Source: a virus (taxonomy: Duplodnaviria > Caudoviricetes). From it: a DNA stretch of 64,000 nucleotides. Numbering within the stretch: the stretch's first letter is position 1; each line of letters starts with the position of its first letter. Shown one piece after another: positions 1 through 9,685 of the stretch. The translations under genes were made by a program, and so were the position numbers. Below the pieces are notes generated by a model. It made no database searches. It had not been told where the DNA came from and worked only from the letters and a program-made list of their open reading frames with translations. The DNA lies in IMG/VR virus record IMGVR_UViG_3300035499_000517, positions 64,001-128,000 of that record; one strand, written 5' to 3'.

Positions 1-278
1 GGTTAGCTAACGGTAGAAGTTAAATAAGACTGTTTATATGATAATTATAGACCGTATATAGGAAGTCCTATATATCGACCATAGACGAATGAGCTTCGTA
101 AGAGAGCCTGGGTCCAAGAAATTGGATAGCCTGGTAATACCGTGCCAAGCTTTAGTAATAAAGAAGGTGTAGAGACTATTTATGTAGGGCTTAGTTTGAG
201 GGCTAAGTTCGAAGCGCGTACCTCCTAGAATAATCTAGGATGAAGATATAGTCCGTGTTATAATGTGGAAATAGCACA
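1..278 (+). ncRNA. Group I intron, 3' part (5' end outside window), inserted in RNAP beta' catalytic motif
   Basis: Core motifs Q (AATACCGTGC ~136), R (GTAGAGACTA ~169), S (AAGATATAGTCC 243-254), P9 hairpin GTGTTAT/ATAGCAC 255-277; followed in frame by TTT GAT GGT GAT (FDGD). Exact 3' splice site uncertain. Confidence 0.85.
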
Positions 279-599
279 TTTGATGGTGATATCTTGAATC
301 AGATTGCATTAGTTCAACCAGAATTCGTAAAGATGTTTAGAAAGTTTAGTCCAATGGAGAAATACATCATGAACCGTGAAGATGGATCTCTCAACAAACT
401 CTTTGCAGTTGGTAAGGGACAGCTTATCGATTTCTATCACTTCTCAACCTTTAAGAATGAAGAAGGTCTTGAAGAGATGGATGAAGAGAAACTTTGGGCT
501 TATATCAAACAGACTGAGAAGGAAAGTACCAGAAAGGTCATTTATATGCCGAATGGTGAAATCCGTAAAGTTTATCCAGAAGATCTGGTCGTTAAATAA
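279..599 (+). CDS. 3' exon of a multisubunit RNA polymerase beta'-like catalytic subunit (probably non-virion RNAP)
   Basis: Reads FDGDILNQIALVQPEFVKMFRKFSPMEKYIMNREDGSLN; FDGD is the second half of the NADFDGD motif; lies directly after intron core. Confidence 0.8.
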   Translation, partial: FDGDILNQIALVQPEFVKMFRKFSPMEKYIMNREDGSLNKLFAVGKGQLIDFYHFSTFKNEEGLEEMDEEKLWAYIKQTEKESTRKVIYMPNGEIRKVYPEDLVVK

Positions 600-612
600 T
601 TTTTGTATATTC

Positions 613-656
613 GAGAGGAAGTGTCTATTAAGATGCTTCCTCTCTTTATTTTTTTT
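613..656 (+). terminator. Intrinsic terminator
   Basis: GAGAGGAAGTGTCT/AGATGCTTCCTCTC stem followed by T-run. Confidence 0.75.
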
Positions 657-714
657 AAAGATATATTTTATTATTGCTCTGGACTGTTTTATAAAGGAAG
701 GAGATGATTGCTTT

Positions 715-1152
715 ATGAAACATCTATATCGATGTAGTGCAAAAGACGGTACAGTATTGGATTTAGAATTAGAGGATACAACTGTATCGAGGTATATGAG
801 AGAGATTGGGGATATTTTGGCTTGTATTAACAGGAGAAAGCCATTTGAGAAACCTCCAGTAGAGTTGCAAATTACAAATACAGATCGTTTGAAGTTAAAG
901 ATTATCATTGTATCTTTTGAGGCACATAAATCGGATGCGGAGATTACAAGATTTGAAGAACCAATTCGGATGATTCGTGCTTTAGCAAAAGAAGCAGAAA
1001 CAGAAGATCTTCGAATTAGATTAGAAGTTTTATTATCAAGGTGGAATCTTATTTATGATTGGTACAGTGCTGTGGAGTTAGAATGTTATCGGGTGATTGA
1101 AGGGTTTTCTGATTATATGAAAGAGGGATTGGTATTTGATCGACTCAATTAA
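715..1152 (+). CDS. Hypothetical protein
   Basis: ORF 376..1152; start moved to ATG 715 after AAGGAAGGAG, upstream part overlaps previous gene and terminator. Confidence 0.65.
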   Translation: MKHLYRCSAKDGTVLDLELEDTTVSRYMREIGDILACINRRKPFEKPPVELQITNTDRLKLKIIIVSFEAHKSDAEITRFEEPIRMIRALAKEAETEDLRIRLEVLLSRWNLIYDWYSAVELECYRVIEGFSDYMKEGLVFDRLN

Positions 1153-1169
1153 ATATAAATCAACCTGAT

Positions 1170-1188
1170 TTTCATTTATATATTATCT
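1170..1188 (+). promoter_or_regulatory. Putative early promoter motif
   Basis: TTTCATTTATATATTATCT; one of 11 copies, all upstream of + strand gene blocks. Confidence 0.75.
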
Positions 1189-1223
1189 TTCTAGTATCGA
1201 TAGAAAGAAAGGAGAAAATTGAT

Positions 1224-1409
1224 ATGAATGACGTGGTGTTTAAGGTAGGAAAAGTAGCAACAGGTGTTGTTGCAGCGGTAATCGTAGGAGAGTTGGTGGC
1301 AATTGGATGCAATGCAGCGGTAGATGATGCAGAATATCTGATCAAGCAGGCAAAGGATAAGTTTAGTCCGGAACCGGTGCAACCAAAGGGATTCTTCCGG
1401 AAGAAGTAG
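1224..1409 (+). CDS. Small hypothetical protein with hydrophobic N-terminus
   Basis: SD AAGGAG; 61 aa. Confidence 0.7.
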   Translation: MNDVVFKVGKVATGVVAAVIVGELVAIGCNAAVDDAEYLIKQAKDKFSPEPVQPKGFFRKK

Positions 1410-1420
1410 AAAGGAGTAGC

Positions 1421-1648
1421 ATGAAGAAAGTAGAGGTAAATAGTTATCCAGTAAAAGACAAGATTATCCATGGTGCTATCTTAGGGATTAGTGTATATAT
1501 GATGATGGCTGGGTTCGAGCACGGCTGCAGAGTGTTCGAAGATGTCGTGCCGAGTGCTGTGGATAAAGTCCATATGGCTGGATTGGTTGCTGATATGGCA
1601 AAAGAAGAAAGCAAGAAAAAGAAGAAGAAAAAGAAAGTAAAAGCATAA
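1421..1648 (+). CDS. Small hypothetical membrane protein with poly-Lys tail
   Basis: SD AAGGAG; hydrophobic segment; KKKKKKKK near C-terminus; followed by terminator ~1662-1697. Confidence 0.7.
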   Translation: MKKVEVNSYPVKDKIIHGAILGISVYMMMAGFEHGCRVFEDVVPSAVDKVHMAGLVADMAKEESKKKKKKKKVKA

Positions 1649-1787
1649 GACGAAAGAAAAGAAAGAGCTTGGAAAATATCCTTGCTCTTTCTTTTTTCCC
1701 TTCATGACGTAATTTCTATTGATATTTTGCTTAAAAAACAAAGAAAATAAGGCTATAAAGAATAAATATAGAAAGGAAGAAGAGCTT

Positions 1788-2243
1788 ATGAATGGATATG
1801 TATTACCACTTAAGCCGAGTGAAAATCCGGCAGTAATTGGGTGGGATTATATCAAGAATAATAGAGATCGTCTTGTAAAATTCGATTTTGAAGAGAGCTC
1901 CATCGACCTTACTGTGGTAACTGTTTGCCGTTTAGTCGTTGAGGGTGTTTCATATGATGTCACAAGACAATACTTCAACAGGGTAGATGATTCTACAACA
2001 GAGCGTGTCTTGGTATTAAAGCCAATCATGACTGTAAATGAGAATGGTGAAGAGTTTATCAGGTCACAGAAGAGGTATGGACGTTACTACAATGGAGACG
2101 ACAGTTATGCAAATCGGAAAGCAAACTCCACAGCAGAAAATAATCTGATGGGACCGACTGCAAATGTTGTTACAAAAGAAGAAACTACAACAGAAGATGC
2201 AGAAGCATCTGCTACAACTGAAAATGAAGCAACAGAGTCTTGA
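1788..2243 (+). CDS. Hypothetical protein
   Basis: ORF 1719..2243; ATG 1788 after AAGGAAG. Confidence 0.7.
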   Translation: MNGYVLPLKPSENPAVIGWDYIKNNRDRLVKFDFEESSIDLTVVTVCRLVVEGVSYDVTRQYFNRVDDSTTERVLVLKPIMTVNENGEEFIRSQKRYGRYYNGDDSYANRKANSTAENNLMGPTANVVTKEETTTEDAEASATTENEATES

Positions 2244-2267
2244 TGATTCCTTGAAATAAGCTGTTAG

Positions 2268-2279
2268 AACATAATGGTA
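2268..2279 (+). promoter_or_regulatory. Putative late promoter AACA-N6-TA
   Basis: AACATAATGGTA upstream of 2326 ORF. Confidence 0.55.
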
Positions 2280-2325
2280 ATGTAAAAGAATACATCAAGA
2301 AAATTATGAAAGGTGGTATTTTAAT

Positions 2326-3279
2326 ATGTCATTATTTAACGATATACTGAACGCACCCCTTCCTTCTAAATCAGGAACATCTTTCACAGAGAGTTCTGAT
2401 AACGATTTTGAGAAAGATTTGGATGCAGCAATGAAGGAAGACGGGGATGAGAGCCTTTTCGGTTCTCTGGACGACGATGATGATTTCGGTGGAGACGAAA
2501 ACAGTGATATTGCTGGACTTCTTGGAACCGAGCCGGATGGAGATGACGATGACGTCAATCCGGACGATATCGATGATCTTTTAGGAGATCTTGGTGAAGA
2601 GTGTGGAGAAGGCTGTGCTACAGAGGCTTGCTCCGGATGTGCAAAAGAAGATGGAGAAGAGCTTACTGGTGGTGGAGATCTCGGAACAGATGTAGGAACA
2701 GATCCGCTTGATCCTGGCTCAGTTCCGGCAGAGCAGCCGACATCACCGGTTATGGATGTTGATGATCCGACTCCCGCAGCTCCACTTGATGGCCAGGAAG
2801 ATCAGGATGCAGATGACATGATGGCGGCTGTTGGAACACCGGTACTTCTTGAGGAGTGCATGACTGTTCAGGAAGCAGCAGACTTCATGGAGTCTGGCGA
2901 TGCAGAGATCGCAATCTCTGAGGGACTCATGCTTGAGTCTACATTAGATGAGTTGGTTGCTGATCTTACAAACGGTGAGCAGGCTTATACCGAGAGCGTA
3001 TTTGCTCCGGCAAGCAGACCGTACAAGATGACAAAGAAAGCAAGATTGAATCAGCTGTATGAGCTGTCTCTTCAGATTGAGGCAAGAGCTCATCATGATC
3101 CATTTGTTAAGAAGATCGACAAGGCATATGCAATCGAGCGCCGCATCAAAGCAGGCTGGAGAAAGCGTTATGGCAGACTGGCTATGCGCCGTGCTATTAA
3201 GTACCTGAGAAGACTTATGAGGTCTAACTCGAATGGTCTTAAGAAAGCAGCAAAACAGATCTTACCAACCAAGAAATAA
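2326..3279 (+). CDS. Acidic N-terminal / basic C-terminal protein, probable virion or head-assembly protein
   Basis: D/E-rich first 200 aa, FTES/FMES/YTES motifs, strongly basic C-terminal helices; late-type promoter. Confidence 0.7.
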   Translation: MSLFNDILNAPLPSKSGTSFTESSDNDFEKDLDAAMKEDGDESLFGSLDDDDDFGGDENSDIAGLLGTEPDGDDDDVNPDDIDDLLGDLGEECGEGCATEACSGCAKEDGEELTGGGDLGTDVGTDPLDPGSVPAEQPTSPVMDVDDPTPAAPLDGQEDQDADDMMAAVGTPVLLEECMTVQEAADFMESGDAEIAISEGLMLESTLDELVADLTNGEQAYTESVFAPASRPYKMTKKARLNQLYELSLQIEARAHHDPFVKKIDKAYAIERRIKAGWRKRYGRLAMRRAIKYLRRLMRSNSNGLKKAAKQILPTKK

Positions 3280-3365
3280 CAGGAGGTGATCCTGACATCT
3301 GATAAATTGAGGAATAGACTATTTTGTCTATTCCTCTTTTATCCCCAAATTTGGATTTTCCAGAT

Positions 3366-3384
3366 TTTCATTTATATACTATTT
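3366..3384 (+). promoter_or_regulatory. Putative early promoter motif
   Basis: TTTCATTTATATACTATTT. Confidence 0.7.
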
Positions 3385-3478
3385 TCGCGATACAAAGGAA
3401 GGAAAGCAATAAGAAACCTTCCAAATTACAAATTACGGCAACCCGAGCCCATAATAAACGGGAGAAAGCGAGGACATT

Positions 3479-3664
3479 ATGTTCAAGAGTTTAAGTACAG
3501 TAGTAGATGAGAAGATGGAAGAAATGAATTGGAGCCTTTGCTCTGATGCGTGGCCAATGACAGGACACAAGTCTGTTTGGAAGGATCAGGAGTGGTTGGA
3601 TCATATCGACGACTATCAGGAAGTTTCATTAGGGAACTGGTTTGATGGTATTGATTTGATCTAG
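3479..3664 (+). CDS. Small hypothetical protein
   Basis: SD GAGG; 61 aa; followed by GGAGGTTGTC-GAAA-GGCAGCCTCC hairpin. Confidence 0.65.
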   Translation: MFKSLSTVVDEKMEEMNWSLCSDAWPMTGHKSVWKDQEWLDHIDDYQEVSLGNWFDGIDLI

Positions 3665-3731
3665 TATTTTAAGGAGGTTGTCGAAAGGCAGCCTCCATTT
3701 TCTATGTTGCAAAAGAAAAGGAGAATAAAAA

Positions 3732-3923
3732 ATGAAGGTCATTGATAAAATTAAAGATCTTGTAAAACTGAATAAAGAGATAGATGAAAATGGAGTTGAA
3801 GGATATAAAGTTGAGGGTTATGAAGTTGAAGAGTATAAAGTGGAAGAATATAAAGTAGAGGAGTACAAGGTAAGTGAGTACAAAGTAAGCGAGTATAAGG
3901 TGAGCGAATATAAAGCAAAATGA
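3732..3923 (+). CDS. Small protein with eight (E/S)(G/E)Y(K/E)V pentapeptide repeats
   Basis: SD AAGGAG; 15-nt repeats vary mostly at synonymous positions. Confidence 0.75.
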   Translation: MKVIDKIKDLVKLNKEIDENGVEGYKVEGYEVEEYKVEEYKVEEYKVSEYKVSEYKVSEYKAK

Positions 3924-3934
3924 AGGGATGAAGA

Positions 3935-4168
3935 ATGAAAGCATTTAAGAAACTAAAAGAATTGATACGATTGATTTTTGATACATTCAAAGATTATTTG
4001 AAGGCTCTACCTTGGTGGGGAAGGGTCTTATTCGTTATCATATTTTTATTACTGGATATCATAATACCGGTAGTAATTTTAACACCAGTCACCGCAAAGG
4101 TGACAAATTGGCACTTAAAGAAAATTCAAAATAAAAGAAATGAGGAGAAAGATCATGATGAAAGATAA
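3935..4168 (+). CDS. Small membrane protein
   Basis: LPWWGRVLFVIIFLLLDIIIPVVIL hydrophobic segment. Confidence 0.7.
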   Translation: MKAFKKLKELIRLIFDTFKDYLKALPWWGRVLFVIIFLLLDIIIPVVILTPVTAKVTNWHLKKIQNKRNEEKDHDER

Positions 4169-4532
4169 TTATTTAAACAAGAATGAAGTTGCACGTAGGA
4201 TATTCACAGAGGATCGTTTGGATCATGTAACCGCTATTAAGTATCGTCCGGGATCTACGAAAGAAACCAATCCAGAAAAGGATTGCTATCGGTTCGAGAA
4301 GAATGGAACTTATTGGAACTATTTTGAAGATAAACTTGATGCACTGAGTAAGAAAGTTCCGGATGCTATGGTATCGACAGCATTGATGTGCCGACATCTG
4401 AATCATGCATTGGAAACCGAATGGTTAGCATCCACCAGCGATATTGCTGTTGAATGTGAAGATGGATACTTCTATGATGTTCTCGGAAAAGTAACCTATA
4501 TGACAACTGAGAATTTCATGAAGCGAGTATAA
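4155..4532 (+). CDS. Hypothetical protein
   Basis: SD GAGGAG before ATG 4155. Confidence 0.7.
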   Translation: MMKDNYLNKNEVARRIFTEDRLDHVTAIKYRPGSTKETNPEKDCYRFEKNGTYWNYFEDKLDALSKKVPDAMVSTALMCRHLNHALETEWLASTSDIAVECEDGYFYDVLGKVTYMTTENFMKRV

Positions 4533-4542
4533 TGGAGGTAAA

Positions 4543-4734
4543 GTGATGGAAAATTTTGATTACATGAAAGCATTTAATGATACTTTTGGTGATTTAATGG
4601 AGATGAGTGAAAAAGCACTGCAAAAGAACTGGGATGAGTTTGATAAGAAAGAGGATATAAAAGAGAAAGACATCTTGGATGAAACATGTGGTGAATTAGA
4701 GAAGCTTGGAATTGATCCAAGCTTCTTGAAGTAG
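4543..4734 (+). CDS. Small acidic hypothetical protein
   Basis: SD GGAGG; 63 aa. Confidence 0.65.
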   Translation: MMENFDYMKAFNDTFGDLMEMSEKALQKNWDEFDKKEDIKEKDILDETCGELEKLGIDPSFLK

Positions 4735-4741
4735 TCAGGAT

Positions 4742-4787
4742 AAAAAGAAGAGAGCGCAGGAATTTGCGACCCTCTTCTTTTTTTTTT
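4742..4787. terminator. Bidirectional intrinsic terminator between convergent blocks
   Basis: AAAAAGAAGAG...CTCTTCTTTTTTT. Confidence 0.75.
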
Positions 4788-4791
4788 ATTT

Positions 4792-7452
4792 TTATTGCTG
4801 ATTATTGGCATTACCAGCATTCTGGTTATTATTCTGCTGATTCTGATTGTTATTCTTCCTAACACTATCAGGAACCAGAGAATTTAAAATTACCATGTAA
4901 TCATTTGCACGTTTTCTTGAAACGTTAATCGCTGAACCAATAGACTCGTTGATAATTCTTGGAACAAGGGACAGGTTTGTCTGAGTGTTCCCTTCAGTTC
5001 CTTTGATTGCTTCCAGATTTGCAAGAGACTTCACTTCATTATTCAAAGATTTCAGGTCATTCTCAATCTGGTTGTAGTAATTTAATACATACTCAATCAT
5101 CATTGGAATCTGTGCTTTGATCTTGTTGTTGGAGATCGCAATTGTCTGGTTCTTAGCAGTTCCTAACTTGATTGCAAGTTCAAACCTTTCCGCATTTGTA
5201 TCTCCTTTTACTTTCGCAAAACTTGTTCCAGAATACAGGAAACTGTAAACCTGATCTTCATTCATACTGCGAAGCTGCTGCTCATTCATAGAAGAAGCTT
5301 TCTTGATTACATTGTTGCACCACTTGATATAGTTGGTGTTGTTGTATGGAAGAATGTGAATTGTCACATTCGAGTAATTTCTTGTAGTAAGATAATTCCT
5401 GTAATCGTTGATGAATTTCAGGTTCTTATCTTTCATATGCCCTTTATTGAAAAATCCGAGGATTTTATCAATTACACCAGATATAAACTTCTGAATTCTA
5501 GCAACAAAACCAGTTGTTTTCTGCCCTTCATCTGTGTTCCGATTACTTCCATTCTGGTTATTGTTTCCAGAGTTATCTTCTACAGATGGGTTGGTATTTG
5601 CTTTCTGCTGGTTGTTATTTCCAGCATTCTGATTATTGTTATTCTTCTGATTGTTGTTCTGGTTATTATTCTGAGGCTGGTTATTGTTGTTTCCGTTGTT
5701 CTGATCATTCGGAGCTTCCATGAAGATGTCTACATCAGACAGACTCCTCATATATTCAGACTCATAGAATGCAAACATGGAGGTCAACTTCTCTTCATGA
5801 GCCTCTGTTACCATGTCATAATTGGCATTGAATGCATCAATGAAATAGTCATGAGAATCCGGAACGAAGCTACTGATTGATCCGATGTTCTGATGAACAG
5901 ATTCATCAATCGTAGAAAGTCTCTTAATATAAGCTTTCATAAGATCACGACTTGCTAACTCAAACGAGCTATACAAATCTTCCAGCTTACTGATAAGCTC
6001 TGCTTTCTTCTCTTCCAAATTCTCCATATCAAATGAATCAGTTCCTACTGAATAGTCATTTGAGTTTCCAGCTTTTACCAGAGAAATAAACTTATCCAAA
6101 ATTCTCATATCTTCTTTGTAAAGCTGAGAAATCTTTGGAGCAAATCTCTGCATAGACTGGAGATCCAGTCTTACAAGTGTTGGATGGAAATTCACAGAAC
6201 GTAAGAATTTATCATTCACACTTCTCTCACCGTTAATTGTCTTCCAGAAATCCTCTGAGAAGAGATTGTATCTACGAAGCAGTAACTCAACGGATACTTT
6301 GTGGAAGTTATCCTGATAGAATTTTGTTGCTTCTAATAATACATCACGGTAAGTCTCTAACATCTTTAAGATAAGATCATATGAGCGAGCATCAACCTTT
6401 GTATCGAAGTCTTCTACATCATCTGAATTCTCAGAAGATTCAATAGCGATATCTGCTTCCAGCTTCTGTGCTGCTGTTACAAGCACATCAACATCAAGCA
6501 TTGAACAGTTATCCAAGGTAAGTCCGGCTGATTCAAACTCGGCTTTTACGCCCTCTTCAAACCTTGCTGAAGTCATGGTCTGAGATGTAGATTCTGAGAA
6601 TTGAATCAGATTTCTCACATCAGAGATCCACTCAGTCATGTACTTCATTTCGGATGCTACAAGATACTTGCAGATTTCTGCATAGTAAGACTTTGCAGCG
6701 TACATAACGCGTGTTACAATATCATTCGGAAGATCTGAGTGCATTGCACTGTCTTCCACACGTAAAAGCTCTTCAAAGTTAGAAGTGATATTCTTCTTTG
6801 TTGCTTTTACCATGTGTGCAAATGTATCTGATTTGAAGTTTGAGTTATCGTCAACTTTTCCAACAAAAGGATCTGTTTTCTGCCTTGCAAATTCTGTAAG
6901 CATCGGGCAGATCGTACGATCGATTGTTTGAGCACAAACTTCGATTTCATAAGAACGATCAAAGTTCATGATGTCCTTTGTTGAATAGTATTCTCCACCA
7001 CCGCTGATAGAAACGACACTTCGTTTTCCACGGCTAAGAGTAGCTGGATCGTTGATGTACTTTTCAACATCCTTTATATTCCCATCTCCTTTAGAGATTT
7101 TTTCAAAGAGTCTTTCAACATTTTTTACAAAGCTTGAAAGACCTCCTGCACCAATCCGATCAAATGAGGTCGGATAATAAAGCTTTATCGTAATGGAAGG
7201 CTTCTTGTTCGCAAAATATTCCCGGTTCTTACGGAAAAATTCAGAAGCTTCAAGAGCCTGTCCAGACAATCCCCTTGCAATCTCAGCCATCTCAGAGAGA
7301 TGCTTCACACTGATATCAATATTGGGAATTGCATCATCAGTTTTCTTTAAAAGTTTGGACCAAACATTCTCTTCTGAAGCTTCCTGAAAATGGTAGATAT
7401 TTCTATCAGCTTCCTCTAAGAATGCTGCCAACATAAAAAGTTCTTTTGACAT
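4792..7452 (-). CDS. Large putative virion head/inner-body protein with N/Q-rich linkers
   Basis: 886 aa; FLEEA, FQEAS, FYESE, FMEAP motifs; family helix TGFVARIQKFISGVIDKILGFF; late block. Confidence 0.75.
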   Translation of the reverse strand: MSKELFMLAAFLEEADRNIYHFQEASEENVWSKLLKKTDDAIPNIDISVKHLSEMAEIARGLSGQALEASEFFRKNREYFANKKPSITIKLYYPTSFDRIGAGGLSSFVKNVERLFEKISKGDGNIKDVEKYINDPATLSRGKRSVVSISGGGEYYSTKDIMNFDRSYEIEVCAQTIDRTICPMLTEFARQKTDPFVGKVDDNSNFKSDTFAHMVKATKKNITSNFEELLRVEDSAMHSDLPNDIVTRVMYAAKSYYAEICKYLVASEMKYMTEWISDVRNLIQFSESTSQTMTSARFEEGVKAEFESAGLTLDNCSMLDVDVLVTAAQKLEADIAIESSENSDDVEDFDTKVDARSYDLILKMLETYRDVLLEATKFYQDNFHKVSVELLLRRYNLFSEDFWKTINGERSVNDKFLRSVNFHPTLVRLDLQSMQRFAPKISQLYKEDMRILDKFISLVKAGNSNDYSVGTDSFDMENLEEKKAELISKLEDLYSSFELASRDLMKAYIKRLSTIDESVHQNIGSISSFVPDSHDYFIDAFNANYDMVTEAHEEKLTSMFAFYESEYMRSLSDVDIFMEAPNDQNNGNNNNQPQNNNQNNNQKNNNNQNAGNNNQQKANTNPSVEDNSGNNNQNGSNRNTDEGQKTTGFVARIQKFISGVIDKILGFFNKGHMKDKNLKFINDYRNYLTTRNYSNVTIHILPYNNTNYIKWCNNVIKKASSMNEQQLRSMNEDQVYSFLYSGTSFAKVKGDTNAERFELAIKLGTAKNQTIAISNNKIKAQIPMMIEYVLNYYNQIENDLKSLNNEVKSLANLEAIKGTEGNTQTNLSLVPRIINESIGSAINVSRKRANDYMVILNSLVPDSVRKNNNQNQQNNNQNAGNANNQQ

Positions 7453-7470
7453 TCTTAGTCCTCCTTTCCA

Positions 7471-8472
7471 TTAATGCCTTTGTCTCAAGACATTTTCTAC
7501 TTGTGTATTATAATTTGAACGATGGAATTCAGATACCTGCTGCATTCTATTCAATTCATTATTGACATTATCCCTCAATCCTGCTCCACCATTATTTGTA
7601 TTATGGATCCTTCCAATGGTTGCATCAAACCGCCTCCAAATAGCTAAACGAAGCCGTGTAACAGCACTAATATTGATCTTGGTGGTCCTTTCGAGTTCAG
7701 CAGCAAGCTGTGCTGTCACATATCCACGCGTATTTGCATTCATGTCAATATTATTAGCTCCCGGATTATCAATCATCCTTTGAACACGCTCTAATTCCTG
7801 AACACGTTTCTGTGCAGCATTTGCCTGGAGTTGTTCCTCTCTTGCTAATCTATCATCACCAGCATTTCGGAATCTTCTCCAAGTTAAAGCAAGGGTAGCT
7901 CCAGTTCCAACGATACCTACAATAATAGAAATAGTCTTAATGGTATCACCATTCTTTTCAATACCCTTCTTTACTTTTTCAAGTTTTCCCCTGAGACTTT
8001 TCTCATTAACGTCTTTCTTCTTCAGCTCGTCAATCAGATCATCCACATTCTTGTAGTAATCTTTCATACTTTCAAATGAATTGAGGTCTAAAAGACCTTT
8101 CTCAACATAAACCTGAAGCTGTTCGTATCTTGCAGGATCTGCTTTTCGGATCATATCTGCTTTCTTATCAACATCGGCTTTACTGAATTTTGCTTCTTTA
8201 AAAGCATTTGGGATATTTTTGATAAACTCCTTGATACGGTTCAAAATCTCAAGGATTTTCTCACCTAATTTAGTAACTGCATCTTTTACAGACTCTTCAA
8301 AATAAGAATCAGCAGACTCCTCATATATCCCAAGTTCTAACATATCATTCCGTTGCATTTGCGCAATCTGTAACGGACTTACAATATCATGAATTTCATC
8401 TACAGTTTCCATATAGAGTTTTTCTATACTTTCATTCACTATAGATGAATTTACGTATGCTGTATTAATCAT
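7471..8472 (-). CDS. Putative head/inner-body paralog with hydrophobic segment
   Basis: YFEES then KLGEKILEILNRIKEFI; IISIIVGIVGTGATLAL-like hydrophobic stretch. Confidence 0.75.
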   Translation of the reverse strand: MINTAYVNSSIVNESIEKLYMETVDEIHDIVSPLQIAQMQRNDMLELGIYEESADSYFEESVKDAVTKLGEKILEILNRIKEFIKNIPNAFKEAKFSKADVDKKADMIRKADPARYEQLQVYVEKGLLDLNSFESMKDYYKNVDDLIDELKKKDVNEKSLRGKLEKVKKGIEKNGDTIKTISIIVGIVGTGATLALTWRRFRNAGDDRLAREEQLQANAAQKRVQELERVQRMIDNPGANNIDMNANTRGYVTAQLAAELERTTKINISAVTRLRLAIWRRFDATIGRIHNTNNGGAGLRDNVNNELNRMQQVSEFHRSNYNTQVENVLRQRH

Positions 8473-8505
8473 AGGAGATCTCCTTTCCTTAAATTCTCAT
8501 ACAAT

Positions 8506-8517
8506 TATATCTATGTT
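8506..8517 (-). promoter_or_regulatory. Putative late promoter AACA-N6-TA
   Basis: Minus strand AACATAGATATA. Confidence 0.65.
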
Positions 8518-8540
8518 TTTTGAGCCTCTTTTCAAGGGAT

Positions 8541-8573
8541 AAAAAAAAGAGTGTGACCGAAATCACACTCTTT
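8541..8573 (-). terminator. Intrinsic terminator
   Basis: AGAGTGTGA/TCACACTCT stem with T8 on minus strand. Confidence 0.7.
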
Positions 8574-8577
8574 GAGT

Positions 8578-9663
8578 TTACTTATCCAAACGATTGTATT
8601 TATCTTTTCGTTTTTCACGTTGTACTGCGATAGCCTGACGTTTCTGGTCGAAACGAAGCTTATCATTTTTACGAATATCCTGAAGCTTCTTGATATCTTT
8701 CTCATTATTCTTCTGGAGTTTCCTAAGGGCTTTCTGATCTTTATGGGCTTCTTCCTTACCCATAGCTTTACCCTTCATAACATCACGCTCATATTCAAGT
8801 TTACCACCAACTGCAATCTTTGCAGCCTTATCGTTTCGTTTGATAACTTCCATAACACCTGAAGTGGAGAAGACGTTCTTTAATGCATCTTTCCAAGTAA
8901 GGTATTCTTTCTCTTTTCCACCAGCAAGCTTCCTAATGATTCCAAGTTTGCTGTTGAGCATTTTCATTTTCATCTTTACCATGAATGCTTCTTTTTTCCC
9001 GAGATCTTTTTCAATATCTCCCATCCACATTTCATAAACACGCAAAGCTGTATTTGCTTTTCCAGCCATCTTTTCACATCTTTTTGCTGATTCCAAAAGG
9101 TACTGAATAGTAACTTCTTTTGCAACGATAGACCCAACCTCAGGGAGTTTCTGTCTTGCTTTATCCCAAGCTTCCTGAAGATCTTTAGCAATTGTGGGCT
9201 TTTTCTCAAGTTCATCATCTTTCATATTGCGATACTTGTCTTCTTCCCACTGCATCTCTTCAGACCATGCTTCAGCAATCTTTGTATAATCCTTAAATGT
9301 GACCTTCTTTCCAGCAAATTCTGGATTATTCTTTACATTCTCAACGAATTTCTGATATGCACTTTTTGTTCCAGCATCAGCCTTAAAATAAGCGACAATA
9401 TCAGATATAATCTGGCGAATCTTTTCAAGAAAACGCTTTAATGCGGAAATACCCTTCTGAATAAGATTCTGGGATTTCTTTATAACGAGTTCATTATTCG
9501 CCTGATCCCCTTCAGAATCTTCAAAGACTGCAGAATAATAGGAAACCTCTTTATAGTCATCAAGGATCATATCGGCTGCTTCAAAATATACCATAGCATC
9601 CATAAATGTAATCACCCTTTCTTTAAAATAGGGAAAGGTGTTTATATAATCCACCTTTCCCAT
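8578..9663 (-). CDS. Putative head/inner-body paralog
   Basis: YFEAA, VFEDS; NLIQKGISALKRFLEKIRQII; basic coiled-coil C-terminus. Confidence 0.75.
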   Translation of the reverse strand: MGKVDYINTFPYFKERVITFMDAMVYFEAADMILDDYKEVSYYSAVFEDSEGDQANNELVIKKSQNLIQKGISALKRFLEKIRQIISDIVAYFKADAGTKSAYQKFVENVKNNPEFAGKKVTFKDYTKIAEAWSEEMQWEEDKYRNMKDDELEKKPTIAKDLQEAWDKARQKLPEVGSIVAKEVTIQYLLESAKRCEKMAGKANTALRVYEMWMGDIEKDLGKKEAFMVKMKMKMLNSKLGIIRKLAGGKEKEYLTWKDALKNVFSTSGVMEVIKRNDKAAKIAVGGKLEYERDVMKGKAMGKEEAHKDQKALRKLQKNNEKDIKKLQDIRKNDKLRFDQKRQAIAVQREKRKDKYNRLDK

Positions 9664-9685
9664 ATTATTGATTTATTGACGGATT

